IMG/VR virus record: IMGVR_UViG_3300012359_000003
Coordinates: 1 to 58,393 of that record
Source: a virus
Strand: one strand, 5' to 3'
DNA: 58,393 nt
This document shows positions 7,274 to 16,167 of this stretch, one piece after another. Every line of letters starts with the position of its first letter. Positions within the stretch are counted from its first letter, which is position 1. The notes beneath the pieces are model-generated. The model was not told the origin of the DNA. It made no database searches and saw only the letters and a list, made by a program, of their open reading frames with translations. The translations under genes and the position numbers were made by a program.

Positions 7274-8599
7274 ATGGAGATCAACCGGATCGCAGCAAAG
7301 ACCCACGAAGGCGCACATGCGGCACCTATGTCTCCCGAGCAAGCCCTTCGCCGCTCCGTCATGTCATGCCTCCTGTGGGAGCGTGAGTTCTACGAGAACG
7401 GAACTGCCATCGCCGATCGGATCGAGCAGCTGTGTCAGCAAGTCTCCCCGAAGGTGATTGCAGCACTCGCGATCGAGGCACGGCACAAAATGCACCTGCG
7501 CCATGTTCCGCTCCTCTTGTTGGCCTCCCTCGCCAAGCTCGCTCCCGGTACCTCGCTCGTGTCCGATACCATCGAAACGACTATTGCCCGTGCTGACGAG
7601 ATCACCGAGCTCCTCGCCATTTACTGGCGGAGAGGGAAGTGCCCACTCAGTGCCCAACTCAAGCGCGGCCTCGCTCGTGCCTTCCGCAAGTTCAGCACCT
7701 ACCAACTTGCGAAGTACAACCGGGCCAAAGCTATCCGGCTCCGTGACGTGATGTTCCTCGTCCACGCTAAGCCTGAGTCCGAGTCCCAGGTGAACGCATT
7801 TCGCGATCTTGCCAACAAGACTCTATCCGCGCCCGATACCTGGGAGGTGGCGCTGAGCGCAGGTGCCGATAAGCGTGAGACCTTTACTCGACTCCTCACC
7901 ACTGGAGATCTTGGCTATCTTGCGCTGCTCCGCAACCTGCGCAACATGGCCGAGTCGGAAGTGAACCCTGACCTGATCTGCGAGGCCATTCTTGCGGGGA
8001 AGGGCGCTCATCAGGTGCTGCCGTTTCGTTATGTCGCTGCAGTTCGGGCTGCACCGCAGTTCGCTAACGAACTCGACCACGCGATGCAGAAGGCCATCGA
8101 GCGCCTACCGCTGCTGTCTGGTACCACCCTCGTGCTGGCGGACGTGTCGGGCTCCATGGACGATCCGCTATCAGCGCGCTCAGACCTCAGCCGTTTGGAT
8201 GCCGCCGCAGCCCTCGCATCGCTAATCAACGGATCGAGACTCCGGGTGTTCACGTTCTCAGAAAAGGTGGTCGAGTGTGCTCCCTGGCGTGGCCTAGCAG
8301 GGATTTCCGAGATCACCAATTCCCAAAACCACTCCGGCACTTACCTGGGCCAGGCCCTCCGTACCGTTTGCGCAGCCACCAACAACTGTTGGGACCGTCT
8401 AATCATCATCACAGACGAGCAGTCCCATGATCGTGTAGAGCACCCCGGCCACGGCCGTTGCTACATGATCAATGTCGCCAGTGCCAAGCACGGTGTCGGT
8501 TATGGTGAGTGGACGCACATCGACGGCTTCAGCGAGAACGTGATCCGCTACATCGCAGAACTCGAAGCCCAAACCCACCTCGCAGTATTCCCGTTGTAG
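7274..8599 (+). CDS. rsr: Ro60-related protein (TROVE domain + vWA/MIDAS domain)
   Basis: TROVE-like N-terminus (EQALRRSVMSCLLWEREFYENG...EARHKMHLRHVPLLLLASLAK) and a vWA MIDAS motif in LVLADVSGSMDDPLS. Confidence 0.8.
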   Translation: MEINRIAAKTHEGAHAAPMSPEQALRRSVMSCLLWEREFYENGTAIADRIEQLCQQVSPKVIAALAIEARHKMHLRHVPLLLLASLAKLAPGTSLVSDTIETTIARADEITELLAIYWRRGKCPLSAQLKRGLARAFRKFSTYQLAKYNRAKAIRLRDVMFLVHAKPESESQVNAFRDLANKTLSAPDTWEVALSAGADKRETFTRLLTTGDLGYLALLRNLRNMAESEVNPDLICEAILAGKGAHQVLPFRYVAAVRAAPQFANELDHAMQKAIERLPLLSGTTLVLADVSGSMDDPLSARSDLSRLDAAAALASLINGSRLRVFTFSEKVVECAPWRGLAGISEITNSQNHSGTYLGQALRTVCAATNNCWDRLIIITDEQSHDRVEHPGHGRCYMINVASAKHGVGYGEWTHIDGFSENVIRYIAELEAQTHLAVFPL

Positions 8600-8605
8600 G
8601 TCTCC

Positions 8606-8842
8606 ATGGAAGAGTACGAAATTCTTGCCATCCTCTACGAAGCACTGGCCTCGAAGCTGGGGATTGTAGTTCGGGTGTCGCATTTCACCACAGCGGCGCA
8701 AACCCTCACCAATGCACGAAATCGCTGTGGAGATCCAGCCCTTCAATCACTCCAGTTTCGCCAGTCGCCCCACGCAAGCGATGAACTGTGGATCGTCCGC
8801 GGAGGCGAAGTGCGCGCTCAGTCACAACCCGGAGACGAATAA
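8606..8842 (+). CDS. Hypothetical protein
   Basis: 78-aa ORF in an operon context. Confidence 0.4.
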   Translation: MEEYEILAILYEALASKLGIVVRVSHFTTAAQTLTNARNRCGDPALQSLQFRQSPHASDELWIVRGGEVRAQSQPGDE

Positions 8843-8844
8843 TT

Positions 8845-9093
8845 ATGCCTAAGTACGAGAGTGAAGAGATCAGCCGTAGGCATATTTGGCTTTACTCGCG
8901 AGATATCGAACGAACTGAGTTATTGTTCGGGCGCACCCTGGGCTTCTCTAAAGCCATCCGCCTCATGGTGAGGAAGTTCCTCAACTCCGTGGAGGCAAAG
9001 GGACTGATAGATGCTCATCATCCAATCATTGCCGACTCGGATCTGCAGATCATGAAAGAGATGGTAGATGGAGATGAGGATATCGTGCTATGA
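8845..9093 (+). CDS. Possible ribbon-helix-helix DNA-binding protein
   Basis: ATG 8845. RRHIWLYSRDIERTELLFGRTLGFSKAIRLMVRKFL fits a beta-strand plus two helices. Confidence 0.4.
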   Translation: MPKYESEEISRRHIWLYSRDIERTELLFGRTLGFSKAIRLMVRKFLNSVEAKGLIDAHHPIIADSDLQIMKEMVDGDEDIVL

Positions 9094-9293
9094 GCTCGCT
9101 CAGTGAAGCCTCACCCCAGAGTCTGGACGAACTGTTCTCTCGGGACCCGCTAAAGCTCAGCGACACCGACATCATGACAATTGTTGTGGAGTTGCGCCGC
9201 CAGCGCGAGAAGTGGGAGCTGAGCGGGGCAAAGAGCAAGGACCCCGAGGCCAAGAAGGTAATGCCGAAGTCCCTGAGCGACATTGGACTCTGA
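9090..9293 (+). CDS. Hypothetical protein ending in SLSDIGL
   Basis: 67-aa ORF. Its start overlaps the upstream stop and it carries the shared C-terminal peptide. Confidence 0.5.
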   Translation: MSSLSEASPQSLDELFSRDPLKLSDTDIMTIVVELRRQREKWELSGAKSKDPEAKKVMPKSLSDIGL

Positions 9294-9436
9294 GGTGGAA
9301 CGTCTAATGAAACTGCTCAGCATGCCTGACCTTGTTTGGTTGGCAGAGGAGTTTGGACAATCCATTCCAGAAACATGGGAAGATTACGATTTCGCCATGT
9401 GCTTCATCTACGGCTCCAACTGGGAGGAAGATTGCT

Positions 9437-10375
9437 GTGGTAAATAGTTCCTTCTCCACCCTTCTCCCAACGCTCCAGATCGCCTGGGACTCCACATCAC
9501 TCGGTGCCCTCAAGACCTGCGGCAGGTTCTACGAGTACGAGCTAATCCATGGCTGGACTCCTAAGCGCCCCAGCGTGCATCTGGTGTTTGGTCAGATCTT
9601 CCACTCCGCTCTTGAGCGCTACGATCATGAGCGTTTCGCCGGAGCCGACCACGATCAAGCAACCGTTGCCGCCGTTCGAGTGGTGTTGGAATCCACCTGG
9701 AACAGCACGCTCAATCGTCCCATTTCCTGGGATGATAAAAACAAAAATCGCTTCACACTCCTCCGCTCCATCATCTGGTATCTGGAGCAGTTCAAAGTCG
9801 ATCCGATCCAGACAGTGCGCTTGGCGAACGGCCGTCCGGCAGTTGAGTTGTCATTCCGCTACGAAAATGGTTACACCTCAGCACTGACCGGCGAGCCATA
9901 TCTGTCGTGCGGCCACATCGATCGTCTGGGGGTGCTGAATGACCAGACCTATGTCGTAGACCGCAAGACTACCAAGTCTACCATCTCGAATGATTTTTTC
10001 GGTAAATTCTCTCCTGATAACCAATTTTCCCAGTATGTCTTGGCGACCAAAATTGTCTACGCGCTCCCGGTGGCTGGCCTCATCGTGGACGCTGCTCAGG
10101 TCGCCATTACGTTCAGCGCCTTTCAGCGGGGATTCATTACCCGCACCCCAGCGCAGATCGAAGAGTGGCACCAGGATCTCGGCCACTGGTTGCAACTGGC
10201 GGAAAAATATGCTGCCAATAACTACTGGCCAATGAACGACAAAAGCTGCAACAACTACGGCGGTTGCCGCTACAGAGGCATTTGCTCGAAGTCCCCCCAG
10301 GTCCGCCAACAGTGGCTCGAGGCGGACTTTACCAAGCGAGTGTGGGACCCACTCCAGGTGAGAGGCGATGTGTGA
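9437..10375 (+). CDS. PD-(D/E)XK Cas4/RecB-like nuclease with a C-terminal Cys cluster
   Basis: Motifs GHIDRLGV...YVVDRKT and QYV are present. The C-terminal CNNYGGCRYRGIC is typical of Fe-S Cas4-like nucleases. The start is uncertain: GTG 9437 is preferred and the ORF track gives 9332. Confidence 0.7.
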   Translation: MVNSSFSTLLPTLQIAWDSTSLGALKTCGRFYEYELIHGWTPKRPSVHLVFGQIFHSALERYDHERFAGADHDQATVAAVRVVLESTWNSTLNRPISWDDKNKNRFTLLRSIIWYLEQFKVDPIQTVRLANGRPAVELSFRYENGYTSALTGEPYLSCGHIDRLGVLNDQTYVVDRKTTKSTISNDFFGKFSPDNQFSQYVLATKIVYALPVAGLIVDAAQVAITFSAFQRGFITRTPAQIEEWHQDLGHWLQLAEKYAANNYWPMNDKSCNNYGGCRYRGICSKSPQVRQQWLEADFTKRVWDPLQVRGDV

Positions 10376-10617
10376 TGACCGGTTATTACCTTGGTACTGA
10401 TGGCATTGAGCGCTATATCGAGAGCCTGCTGGGGCGTTGCGCAGCGAGCATCAACCTGCCTCCGTCTCAGCCTGATGGCTACACAGCCGTTGCTCCGGCG
10501 GAGGAGTCCTCCACAATTGTCTGCCCTCTTTGCCGCGATGTCGTTCCTCGCTCCAAACCCCAGTGTACCTCAATCGTGTTCTGTGATTCGATGCCAATAC
10601 GAAAGTCCGCACCATAA
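10375..10617 (+). CDS. Hypothetical protein
   Basis: ATG 10375 overlaps the nuclease stop. The product contains CPLCRD. Confidence 0.4.
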   Translation: MTGYYLGTDGIERYIESLLGRCAASINLPPSQPDGYTAVAPAEESSTIVCPLCRDVVPRSKPQCTSIVFCDSMPIRKSAP

Positions 10618-10629
10618 GGTCCCCCCATC

Positions 10630-10875
10630 ATGACCTGGGAAAAACCTCCACAAGTCGAACCGTTCAAAGTCCCCACCTCGATCAACTGGCAATGTGCCAA
10701 CTGCGGTCACTTCAACCGCAACCACTGGAGCAACTGTGCCGAATGCGGCATGGAGAAACCTCATGCCCCCTCTCAGCCAACACCAGTCCGCCACAACCAC
10801 CAAGATGCTCCTTATTGGCGACTCTGGCAGTGGGAAAACCGGGGCTCTCGCATCGTTGGCCTCGGCCGGTTTTAA
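10630..10875 (+). CDS. RanBP2-type zinc-finger peptide (functional 3' end uncertain)
   Basis: WQCANCGHFNRNHWSNCAECG. The ORF tail overlaps the next gene in another frame. Confidence 0.4.
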   Translation: MTWEKPPQVEPFKVPTSINWQCANCGHFNRNHWSNCAECGMEKPHAPSQPTPVRHNHQDAPYWRLWQWENRGSRIVGLGRF

Positions 10876-11668
10876 TCTCCGAGTACTGGATCTCGATAAT
10901 GGCCTGGACGTGCTGCATAACCTTCTATCCGATCCGAACTCCCCGTACGCGAAGGACTCTCTGGACCGAGTTCAGTATGTGACTCTGACCGAGCCTATGA
11001 AGAGGGTCGGGAAGACACTCCAGCCAGTTCGCGTAGACGTCTGGCCCAGGACGATGAATCTCCTGTACCACTGGACAGAGCTAGCAGGTCCGAACTCCCC
11101 GACAGTCGACCTAGGCCTTCTCACCTCCTGGACTCCACAGGATGTTCTGGTGATTGACTCCCTCTCAACATTCTCCACCGCTGCGATGAACTTCATACTC
11201 TCGATGAACGGTCGAGTCGGGAAGGCCCCATTCCAGTCCGACTTCGGCCAGGCCCAGAACCTCGTCGAGAGTGCGCTCCAGATGCTCTTTGACTCATCAA
11301 TCAAGTGCAATGTTATTGTGACTGCGCATATTGCGTTTATTGGCGAGGACAACGGACCACTGAGGGGATATCCAGCCTCACTCGGCAAGGCCTTGCCCCC
11401 AAAGGTCGGCAGATACTTCAATACCATGTTAGGCGTCAAGTCCACGGGGCAGGGGAGTGCAGTCAAGCGTAAGATCCACACCAACACCCAGGGAGTAATC
11501 GACCTCAAGAACACGGCACCCTTGCGGGTGCCGCCAGATTTCCCACTGGAGACTGGCCTCGCCGACTACTTCAAACTGGTTCGGGGACCGGCAACAGCTC
11601 CAGCGGCTGTGCAGCGTGCTATTGCCTCGACGGTCGAGCAGACCTCTGCCATGGCCGCCTCAAAGTGA
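10763..11668 (+). CDS. Sak4-like AAA_24 / RecA-like ATPase
   Basis: Walker A is KMLLIGDSGSGKTGAL and Walker B-like is VLVIDSLS. The start is either ATG 10763 or ATG 10805. Confidence 0.65.
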   Translation: MPPLSQHQSATTTKMLLIGDSGSGKTGALASLASAGFNLRVLDLDNGLDVLHNLLSDPNSPYAKDSLDRVQYVTLTEPMKRVGKTLQPVRVDVWPRTMNLLYHWTELAGPNSPTVDLGLLTSWTPQDVLVIDSLSTFSTAAMNFILSMNGRVGKAPFQSDFGQAQNLVESALQMLFDSSIKCNVIVTAHIAFIGEDNGPLRGYPASLGKALPPKVGRYFNTMLGVKSTGQGSAVKRKIHTNTQGVIDLKNTAPLRVPPDFPLETGLADYFKLVRGPATAPAAVQRAIASTVEQTSAMAASK

Positions 11669-11798
11669 TCCGCCCTCTTCTTACTCAAACCCTATTCATC
11701 TCCCCCACCATGGCTGAAGAGATATTTTGGCCCAGTCCAACTCGCATGACTCCCGCCATCATACTTCTCCACACCAGACCCCTTAAGGAGATCATCGA

Positions 11799-12017
11799 GT
11801 GCCAACTACGCCGAACGATCACTCCGACATCGAGGAAGCCCACCTTGCTGTCATGAAGGCACTCGGCGCGCTCTTGCGGACTCAGTTCCCGCAGCATGGC
11901 TTCGCGCTTCTCGTTTTCGATTTTAACAGCCCAGGGAGAATGAACTACATCAGCAACGCACAGCGCAACGACATGATCCACGCACTCAAAGAACTCATTC
12001 ACAAGTTCGAGAGTTAA
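11799..12017 (+). CDS. Hypothetical protein
   Basis: GTG start after an AAGGAG RBS. Confidence 0.45.
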   Translation: MPTTPNDHSDIEEAHLAVMKALGALLRTQFPQHGFALLVFDFNSPGRMNYISNAQRNDMIHALKELIHKFES

Positions 12018-12021
12018 ACAC

Positions 12022-12519
12022 ATGGCAAAAGCACAAAAAACCCGCACTGAACAAACCCAAATCCAGGAGTCCACCGTGTCCGACACCAACATCGCTACCG
12101 ATTTCCGCGCCCTGCTCTCTAAGCCTGCCGAGCAGATCGAGCGTCCCCGGCCTCTTCCCGCCGGGACCTACGAGGGGACCATCACCAAGTACGAGTACGG
12201 CAAGAGCAAGGAGAAGAAGACTCCTTACGTGCGGTACTTTGTCCAGATCAACGGTGCTGGCGAGGACATCGATCCGACGGAACTCGATGGGATTGATCTC
12301 TCGAAGAAGCAACTCCGCCGTGACTACTACCTCACCGACGATGCAGAGTATCGGGTGAAGGAGTTGTGGGAAAGCTGCGGCATCGACGGAACGGGGCGTT
12401 CGCTCGGCGAGATCCTCCCCGACCTGATCGGGTGCCAGGTGCTGCTCGAGGTTACTCAGCGCAACAGCGAGGACGGGAAAGACACCTTCAATGACGTAGG
12501 TAATCTCAAGGGAGTCTGA
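12022..12519 (+). CDS. DUF669-like ssDNA-binding/annealing-associated protein
   Basis: LPAGTYEGTITKYEYGKSKEKKTPYVRYFVQI fits the DUF669 pattern, and the gene neighbours the Sak4-like ATPase and the Cas4-like nuclease. Confidence 0.5.
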   Translation: MAKAQKTRTEQTQIQESTVSDTNIATDFRALLSKPAEQIERPRPLPAGTYEGTITKYEYGKSKEKKTPYVRYFVQINGAGEDIDPTELDGIDLSKKQLRRDYYLTDDAEYRVKELWESCGIDGTGRSLGEILPDLIGCQVLLEVTQRNSEDGKDTFNDVGNLKGV

Positions 12520-12527
12520 ACGCATTA

Positions 12528-13976
12528 ATGGAACGGGACCAGAAATGGTCCCGTTTTCCACTGGAGTATCCCGCTGTGCCAATCACAAATGACTTCCAAG
12601 TAATTCCCACCAGTTCCATCCTCATCAACCGGGACGAGCGCCAGCGGAGTAAAATCGACACGACCTCCCTCCGCGAGTCCATCCGACGCAATGGCCTAAT
12701 CTCCCCGGTGGTTGTGACTCGAGAGTTGGTTCTGGTCGCCGGTGAGCGCCGACTGACGGCATGTCGGGAACTTGGCCACGAAACCATCGCGGTGAGATTT
12801 ATCGAGGAACTCTCTCCGCTGGAACTCGTGGTGATTGAGCTTGAGGAGAACCTCAAGCGGAGTGATCTCCCATGGCAGGACGAGGTGAAGGCCGTGGCCA
12901 AGCTCCACGAGCTTTACTGCACTCTCACCCCTGGATGGTCGCAGGTGCAATCCGCCGAGGCACTCGCCATCGGTCCCGCCTACATCAGTTCCATTCTCCG
13001 CGTGGCACGCGAGTTGGATGACCCGAGAATTTCCACCGCTACTGGCATCATGCCGGCGTACAACGTCCTGGCCCGAATTGACGAGCGCCGTATTGGCGAC
13101 GCAGTCGGTGCGATCATGGACGCCGGGGAGGAGATCTTTGCTGCGCCCAAGGAGAAGCCAGTCGTAGCGCCCCTCCTACCGGGCCAGAAAGCGGCACCCC
13201 TCACCACGAGTGTGATCGTCCCTCCAGGTGAGTCGATCCTCCAAACATCCTTCTTCACCTGGGCACCGACGTACACCGGACCTCGGTTCAATTTCATCCA
13301 CTGCGATTTCCCCTACGGAATGAACGTGTTTGGTGGAGCCATGAGTGGTCGCGACAAGTGGGCGACGAAGTCCCAGGGAAAAGCTCCCTACAGCGATAGC
13401 AAGGAGGATTACTGGAACCTCATCGCATGCCTCTGCGATAACCTCGACCGGATCATGTCCCCCCAGGGCCACCTGATGTTCTGGTTCTCCATGGAGCACT
13501 ACACGGCAACACTTGAGGCGTTTCGCAAACTCGCCCCGAGCCTCATCTTCAGTCCTTTTCCGCTCTTGTGGCTCAAGTCCGACAACGTGGGGATCTTGCC
13601 CGACTCTAATCGAGGCCCGAGACGCATCTACGAAACCGCCCTGGTAGCGTCTCGCGAGGATCGCTTCATCGTCAAGCCTGTGGCAAACGCTATCGCCGCT
13701 CCCACCAACAAAGAACACCACCCGAGCACCAAACCCGAACCCGTCCTCAAGCACTTTTTCCAGATGTTTGTGGACGAACACACCACGCTCTTCGACCCGA
13801 CCTGTGGAAGCGCCTCGGCGCTGCGTGCTGCTGAGTGCCTCGGTGCCAAGCGAGTTCTCGGGCTTGAGTCCGATGCCGAACACCACGCAAACGCATGCTC
13901 CGCGATGAAACTTTTCCGCACTCTTCGCGCCGCCTCCACCCTGTTGGCGAAACCCGCACCGCTGGGGGCGAAGTGA
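12528..13976 (+). CDS. ParB-like N-terminal domain fused to a beta-class N6-adenine/N4-cytosine DNA methyltransferase
   Basis: The ParB box is SLRESIRRNGLISPVVV...LVAGERRLTACRELG. Motif IV-like IHCDFPYG precedes motif I LFDPTCGSASALRAA. ATG 12528 sits inside the terminator hairpin, so GTG 12576 is a plausible true start. Confidence 0.75.
   Translation: MERDQKWSRFPLEYPAVPITNDFQVIPTSSILINRDERQRSKIDTTSLRESIRRNGLISPVVVTRELVLVAGERRLTACRELGHETIAVRFIEELSPLELVVIELEENLKRSDLPWQDEVKAVAKLHELYCTLTPGWSQVQSAEALAIGPAYISSILRVARELDDPRISTATGIMPAYNVLARIDERRIGDAVGAIMDAGEEIFAAPKEKPVVAPLLPGQKAAPLTTSVIVPPGESILQTSFFTWAPTYTGPRFNFIHCDFPYGMNVFGGAMSGRDKWATKSQGKAPYSDSKEDYWNLIACLCDNLDRIMSPQGHLMFWFSMEHYTATLEAFRKLAPSLIFSPFPLLWLKSDNVGILPDSNRGPRRIYETALVASREDRFIVKPVANAIAAPTNKEHHPSTKPEPVLKHFFQMFVDEHTTLFDPTCGSASALRAAECLGAKRVLGLESDAEHHANACSAMKLFRTLRAASTLLAKPAPLGAK
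12532..12557 (+). terminator. Intrinsic terminator after the DUF669 gene
   Basis: AACGGGACC-AGAAAT-GGTCCCGTT followed by TTCC (9-bp stem plus a T run). Confidence 0.65.
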
Positions 13977-14446
13977 CGACTATTAGTCTGTTACTCGATC
14001 CAGAAGTTTATGCAAAAGATCGTCTCTTTTGGAACCAGATGGAGATTACTCACACTGATTGCTGGTTTCCAACAACGATGCACCATGCTCATAACAAATA
14101 TAAACTCACAAAGCGAAATGATAAGAGTTACTTAAGTCATAGACATGCTTGGACACTGGCAAAAGGCGTCATACTGGAAGGACTGCAGGTATGTCATCAC
14201 TGTGACCGAGGATTTTGTTGCAACATAGCCCATCTGTTTTTAGGAACAGACACAGAGAATAAACAAGACTGCGTTCTTAAAGGCAGAGCCAAGGATCAAA
14301 GGTTCACTCAAGACGATTTTGAGAATATACGTTTTATGCACAGGACCGGACTCTATACTATGCGAGATATTGCTGCAGAATATGAATGCAGCAGTTCAAC
14401 CATAAGCAACATAATAAACAGGAGGAAGTTTTGGTACACACTGTAG
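13973..14446 (+). CDS. HNH homing-type endonuclease on a visibly AT-rich island
   Basis: CHHCDRGFCCNIAHLFLGTDTENKQDC. GTG 13973 overlaps the MTase stop. The base composition is clearly lower in GC than the flanks. Confidence 0.7.
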   Translation: MTTISLLLDPEVYAKDRLFWNQMEITHTDCWFPTTMHHAHNKYKLTKRNDKSYLSHRHAWTLAKGVILEGLQVCHHCDRGFCCNIAHLFLGTDTENKQDCVLKGRAKDQRFTQDDFENIRFMHRTGLYTMRDIAAEYECSSSTISNIINRRKFWYTL

Positions 14447-15498
14447 CTCCTCCTTTTGCACATACTACAGGTCCGAGAGATGCTCCTGTTGTTATAGTTG
14501 GTGAAGCATTCGGAGAGCAGGAGGAACTAACCGGCTTCCCGTTCGTCGGAGCGAGCGGACAGGAACTCTCTCGTATTCTCATAGACGCAGGTCTCCGGCG
14601 CCAGGACCTCCTGTTGACGAATGTCCTCGCCAAACGCCCTCCCAGCAACAACATCGATCTCCTCTGTGGTCCGAAAAAGGACGCCGGATTTAACTATCCG
14701 CTTCTCCCGCTGCGTCAGGGCAAATATCTCCTTCCAGAGCATCTCCCAGAGCTCGATCGCCTGGGCGCGGAACTCGCGTTCGCCCCTCGCACCCTTTGCA
14801 TCGCCCTCGGTGCCACCGCCTGTTGGGCACTTCTAGGTCGTGCTGCCATCGGTGCGCTTCGGGGAGTAGTGGCGCATGGTGTAGGCCCAGCCGCTGGCTT
14901 AAAAGTCCTCCCCACATACCACCCTGCGGCAGTGCTTCGCAACTGGGCCCTTCGAGTCGTCGTCCTCCAGGACCTCCTAAAGGCGAAACGCGAGATGGAG
15001 TTCCCCGAGATCCGTCGTCCGCAACGTCAAGTCCTAGTTGACCCAACTCTAGCCGAGATCGCTGAATGGACCGAGGAGGCCCGACATGCTAACTACCTTG
15101 CTGTTGACATTGAGACTATGCACAAAACAATCTCCTGTGTGGGATTTGCCCGTTCTCGCTGTGACGCTATTTGTATTCCTCTGTATGATGGTCGATATCC
15201 TGGCAGAAATTATTGGCCTACGCTCGATGATGAGTTAGCTGCGTGGGAGCACATACGAATACTGCTGGAGCTCCCAATGCCCAAGATCTTCCAAAATGGC
15301 ATGTATGATCTCGCGTATTTGGCGCGGATGGGACTACGTCCACGCAATTGCCTCCACGATACAATGCTGCTCCATCACTCCATGTTCCCAGAACTCCAAA
15401 AGAGCTTAGGCTTCATGGGGAGCATTTACACCTCTGAAAGCTCGTGGAAGTTGATGCGAACCAGACGCAAGGAAGAAGAGTTGAAGAGAGAAGAGTGA
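14431..15498 (+). CDS. Family-4 UDG-like domain fused to the N-terminal part of a PolA-type 3'-5' exonuclease (Exo I and Exo II only)
   Basis: The UDG-like motif is VVIVGEAFGEQEELTGFPFVGASGQEL. Exo I is LAVDIETM and Exo II is IFQNGMYDLAYL. The likely start is TTG 14431 after AGGAGGA; the ORF-track ATG is at 14386. Confidence 0.7.
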   Translation: MVHTVAPPFAHTTGPRDAPVVIVGEAFGEQEELTGFPFVGASGQELSRILIDAGLRRQDLLLTNVLAKRPPSNNIDLLCGPKKDAGFNYPLLPLRQGKYLLPEHLPELDRLGAELAFAPRTLCIALGATACWALLGRAAIGALRGVVAHGVGPAAGLKVLPTYHPAAVLRNWALRVVVLQDLLKAKREMEFPEIRRPQRQVLVDPTLAEIAEWTEEARHANYLAVDIETMHKTISCVGFARSRCDAICIPLYDGRYPGRNYWPTLDDELAAWEHIRILLELPMPKIFQNGMYDLAYLARMGLRPRNCLHDTMLLHHSMFPELQKSLGFMGSIYTSESSWKLMRTRRKEEELKREE

Positions 15499-15530
15499 CC
15501 TCCAATAGCAGTGTAAAAAGGATACAAGCC

Positions 15531-15818
15531 ATGACTCCTGAACAAAACCTTACCACACCGCAGGCGCCGGAAGACGTGCGTGATGTGATCTATCGAGAAA
15601 TCACCGCAGCTCGTGATGGACATCTAACCGTCGCAGAAGCGGTCGCCGCCATCTCCCGCGCCCACCTCCTCTCCACGCCGGTTACGGTCACGATGGAGGA
15701 ATGCCAGCGGCTCCGAGACGCGTGGCTGGTTGAACCAGACGGAACGTGGCGCGGAATGGCGATCATCCTCCGCCGCGTCCTCGGAGACCGCATCCAGATA
15801 GCCGGCGAACCGTCATGA
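15531..15818 (+). CDS. Hypothetical protein (first ORF of the insertion that splits the polymerase)
   Basis: 95-aa ORF starting at ATG 15531. Confidence 0.45.
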   Translation: MTPEQNLTTPQAPEDVRDVIYREITAARDGHLTVAEAVAAISRAHLLSTPVTVTMEECQRLRDAWLVEPDGTWRGMAIILRRVLGDRIQIAGEPS

Positions 15819-16081
15819 GCCTCTTCAATGAGGACCAGCAGGATTACATGCGGTCGCTTGCCAAAATCCCGACCGCAGAACGATGCTGGTGCGGTTGGTA
15901 CTCGTTCGGAAAATGTCCGAATTGTCCCCCGCACCTAACGTGTGCCAATAAGGTGGCGAGGCGGTCATCAAAGGCTCCGATTGGCGGAAGGGCGGATTGG
16001 CAAAAGGGATATCATCGGCGGAAACCCACCCGCAAAGGGGCAACGCGGTGCCATGTCGTGTCGGTCCGTCAAACCCTTTAG
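15815..16081 (+). CDS. Cys-rich basic hypothetical protein
   Basis: ATG 15815 overlaps the upstream stop. The product contains CWCGWYSFGKCPNCPPHLTC. Confidence 0.4.
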   Translation: MSLFNEDQQDYMRSLAKIPTAERCWCGWYSFGKCPNCPPHLTCANKVARRSSKAPIGGRADWQKGYHRRKPTRKGATRCHVVSVRQTL

Positions 16082-16083
16082 GA

Positions 16084-16119
16084 AGGGGTTTAAACGATTC
16101 GGTCCTACCTTAAACCCCT
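16084..16119 (+). terminator. Terminator-like hairpin
   Basis: AGGGGTTTAA / TTAAACCCCT forms a 10-bp stem with a 16-nt loop, followed by GTTTCC. Confidence 0.4.
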
Positions 16120-16167
16120 GTTTCCGGCGATGCGGTATTTAGATACGTAACCCAAGGAGACCCTCCC

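Noticed and set aside
11665-11856. 63-aa ORF between the ATPase gene and 11799-12017
   Set aside because: It overlaps the better-supported GTG-start gene, which has an AAGGAG RBS, and it shows no RBS or motif of its own.
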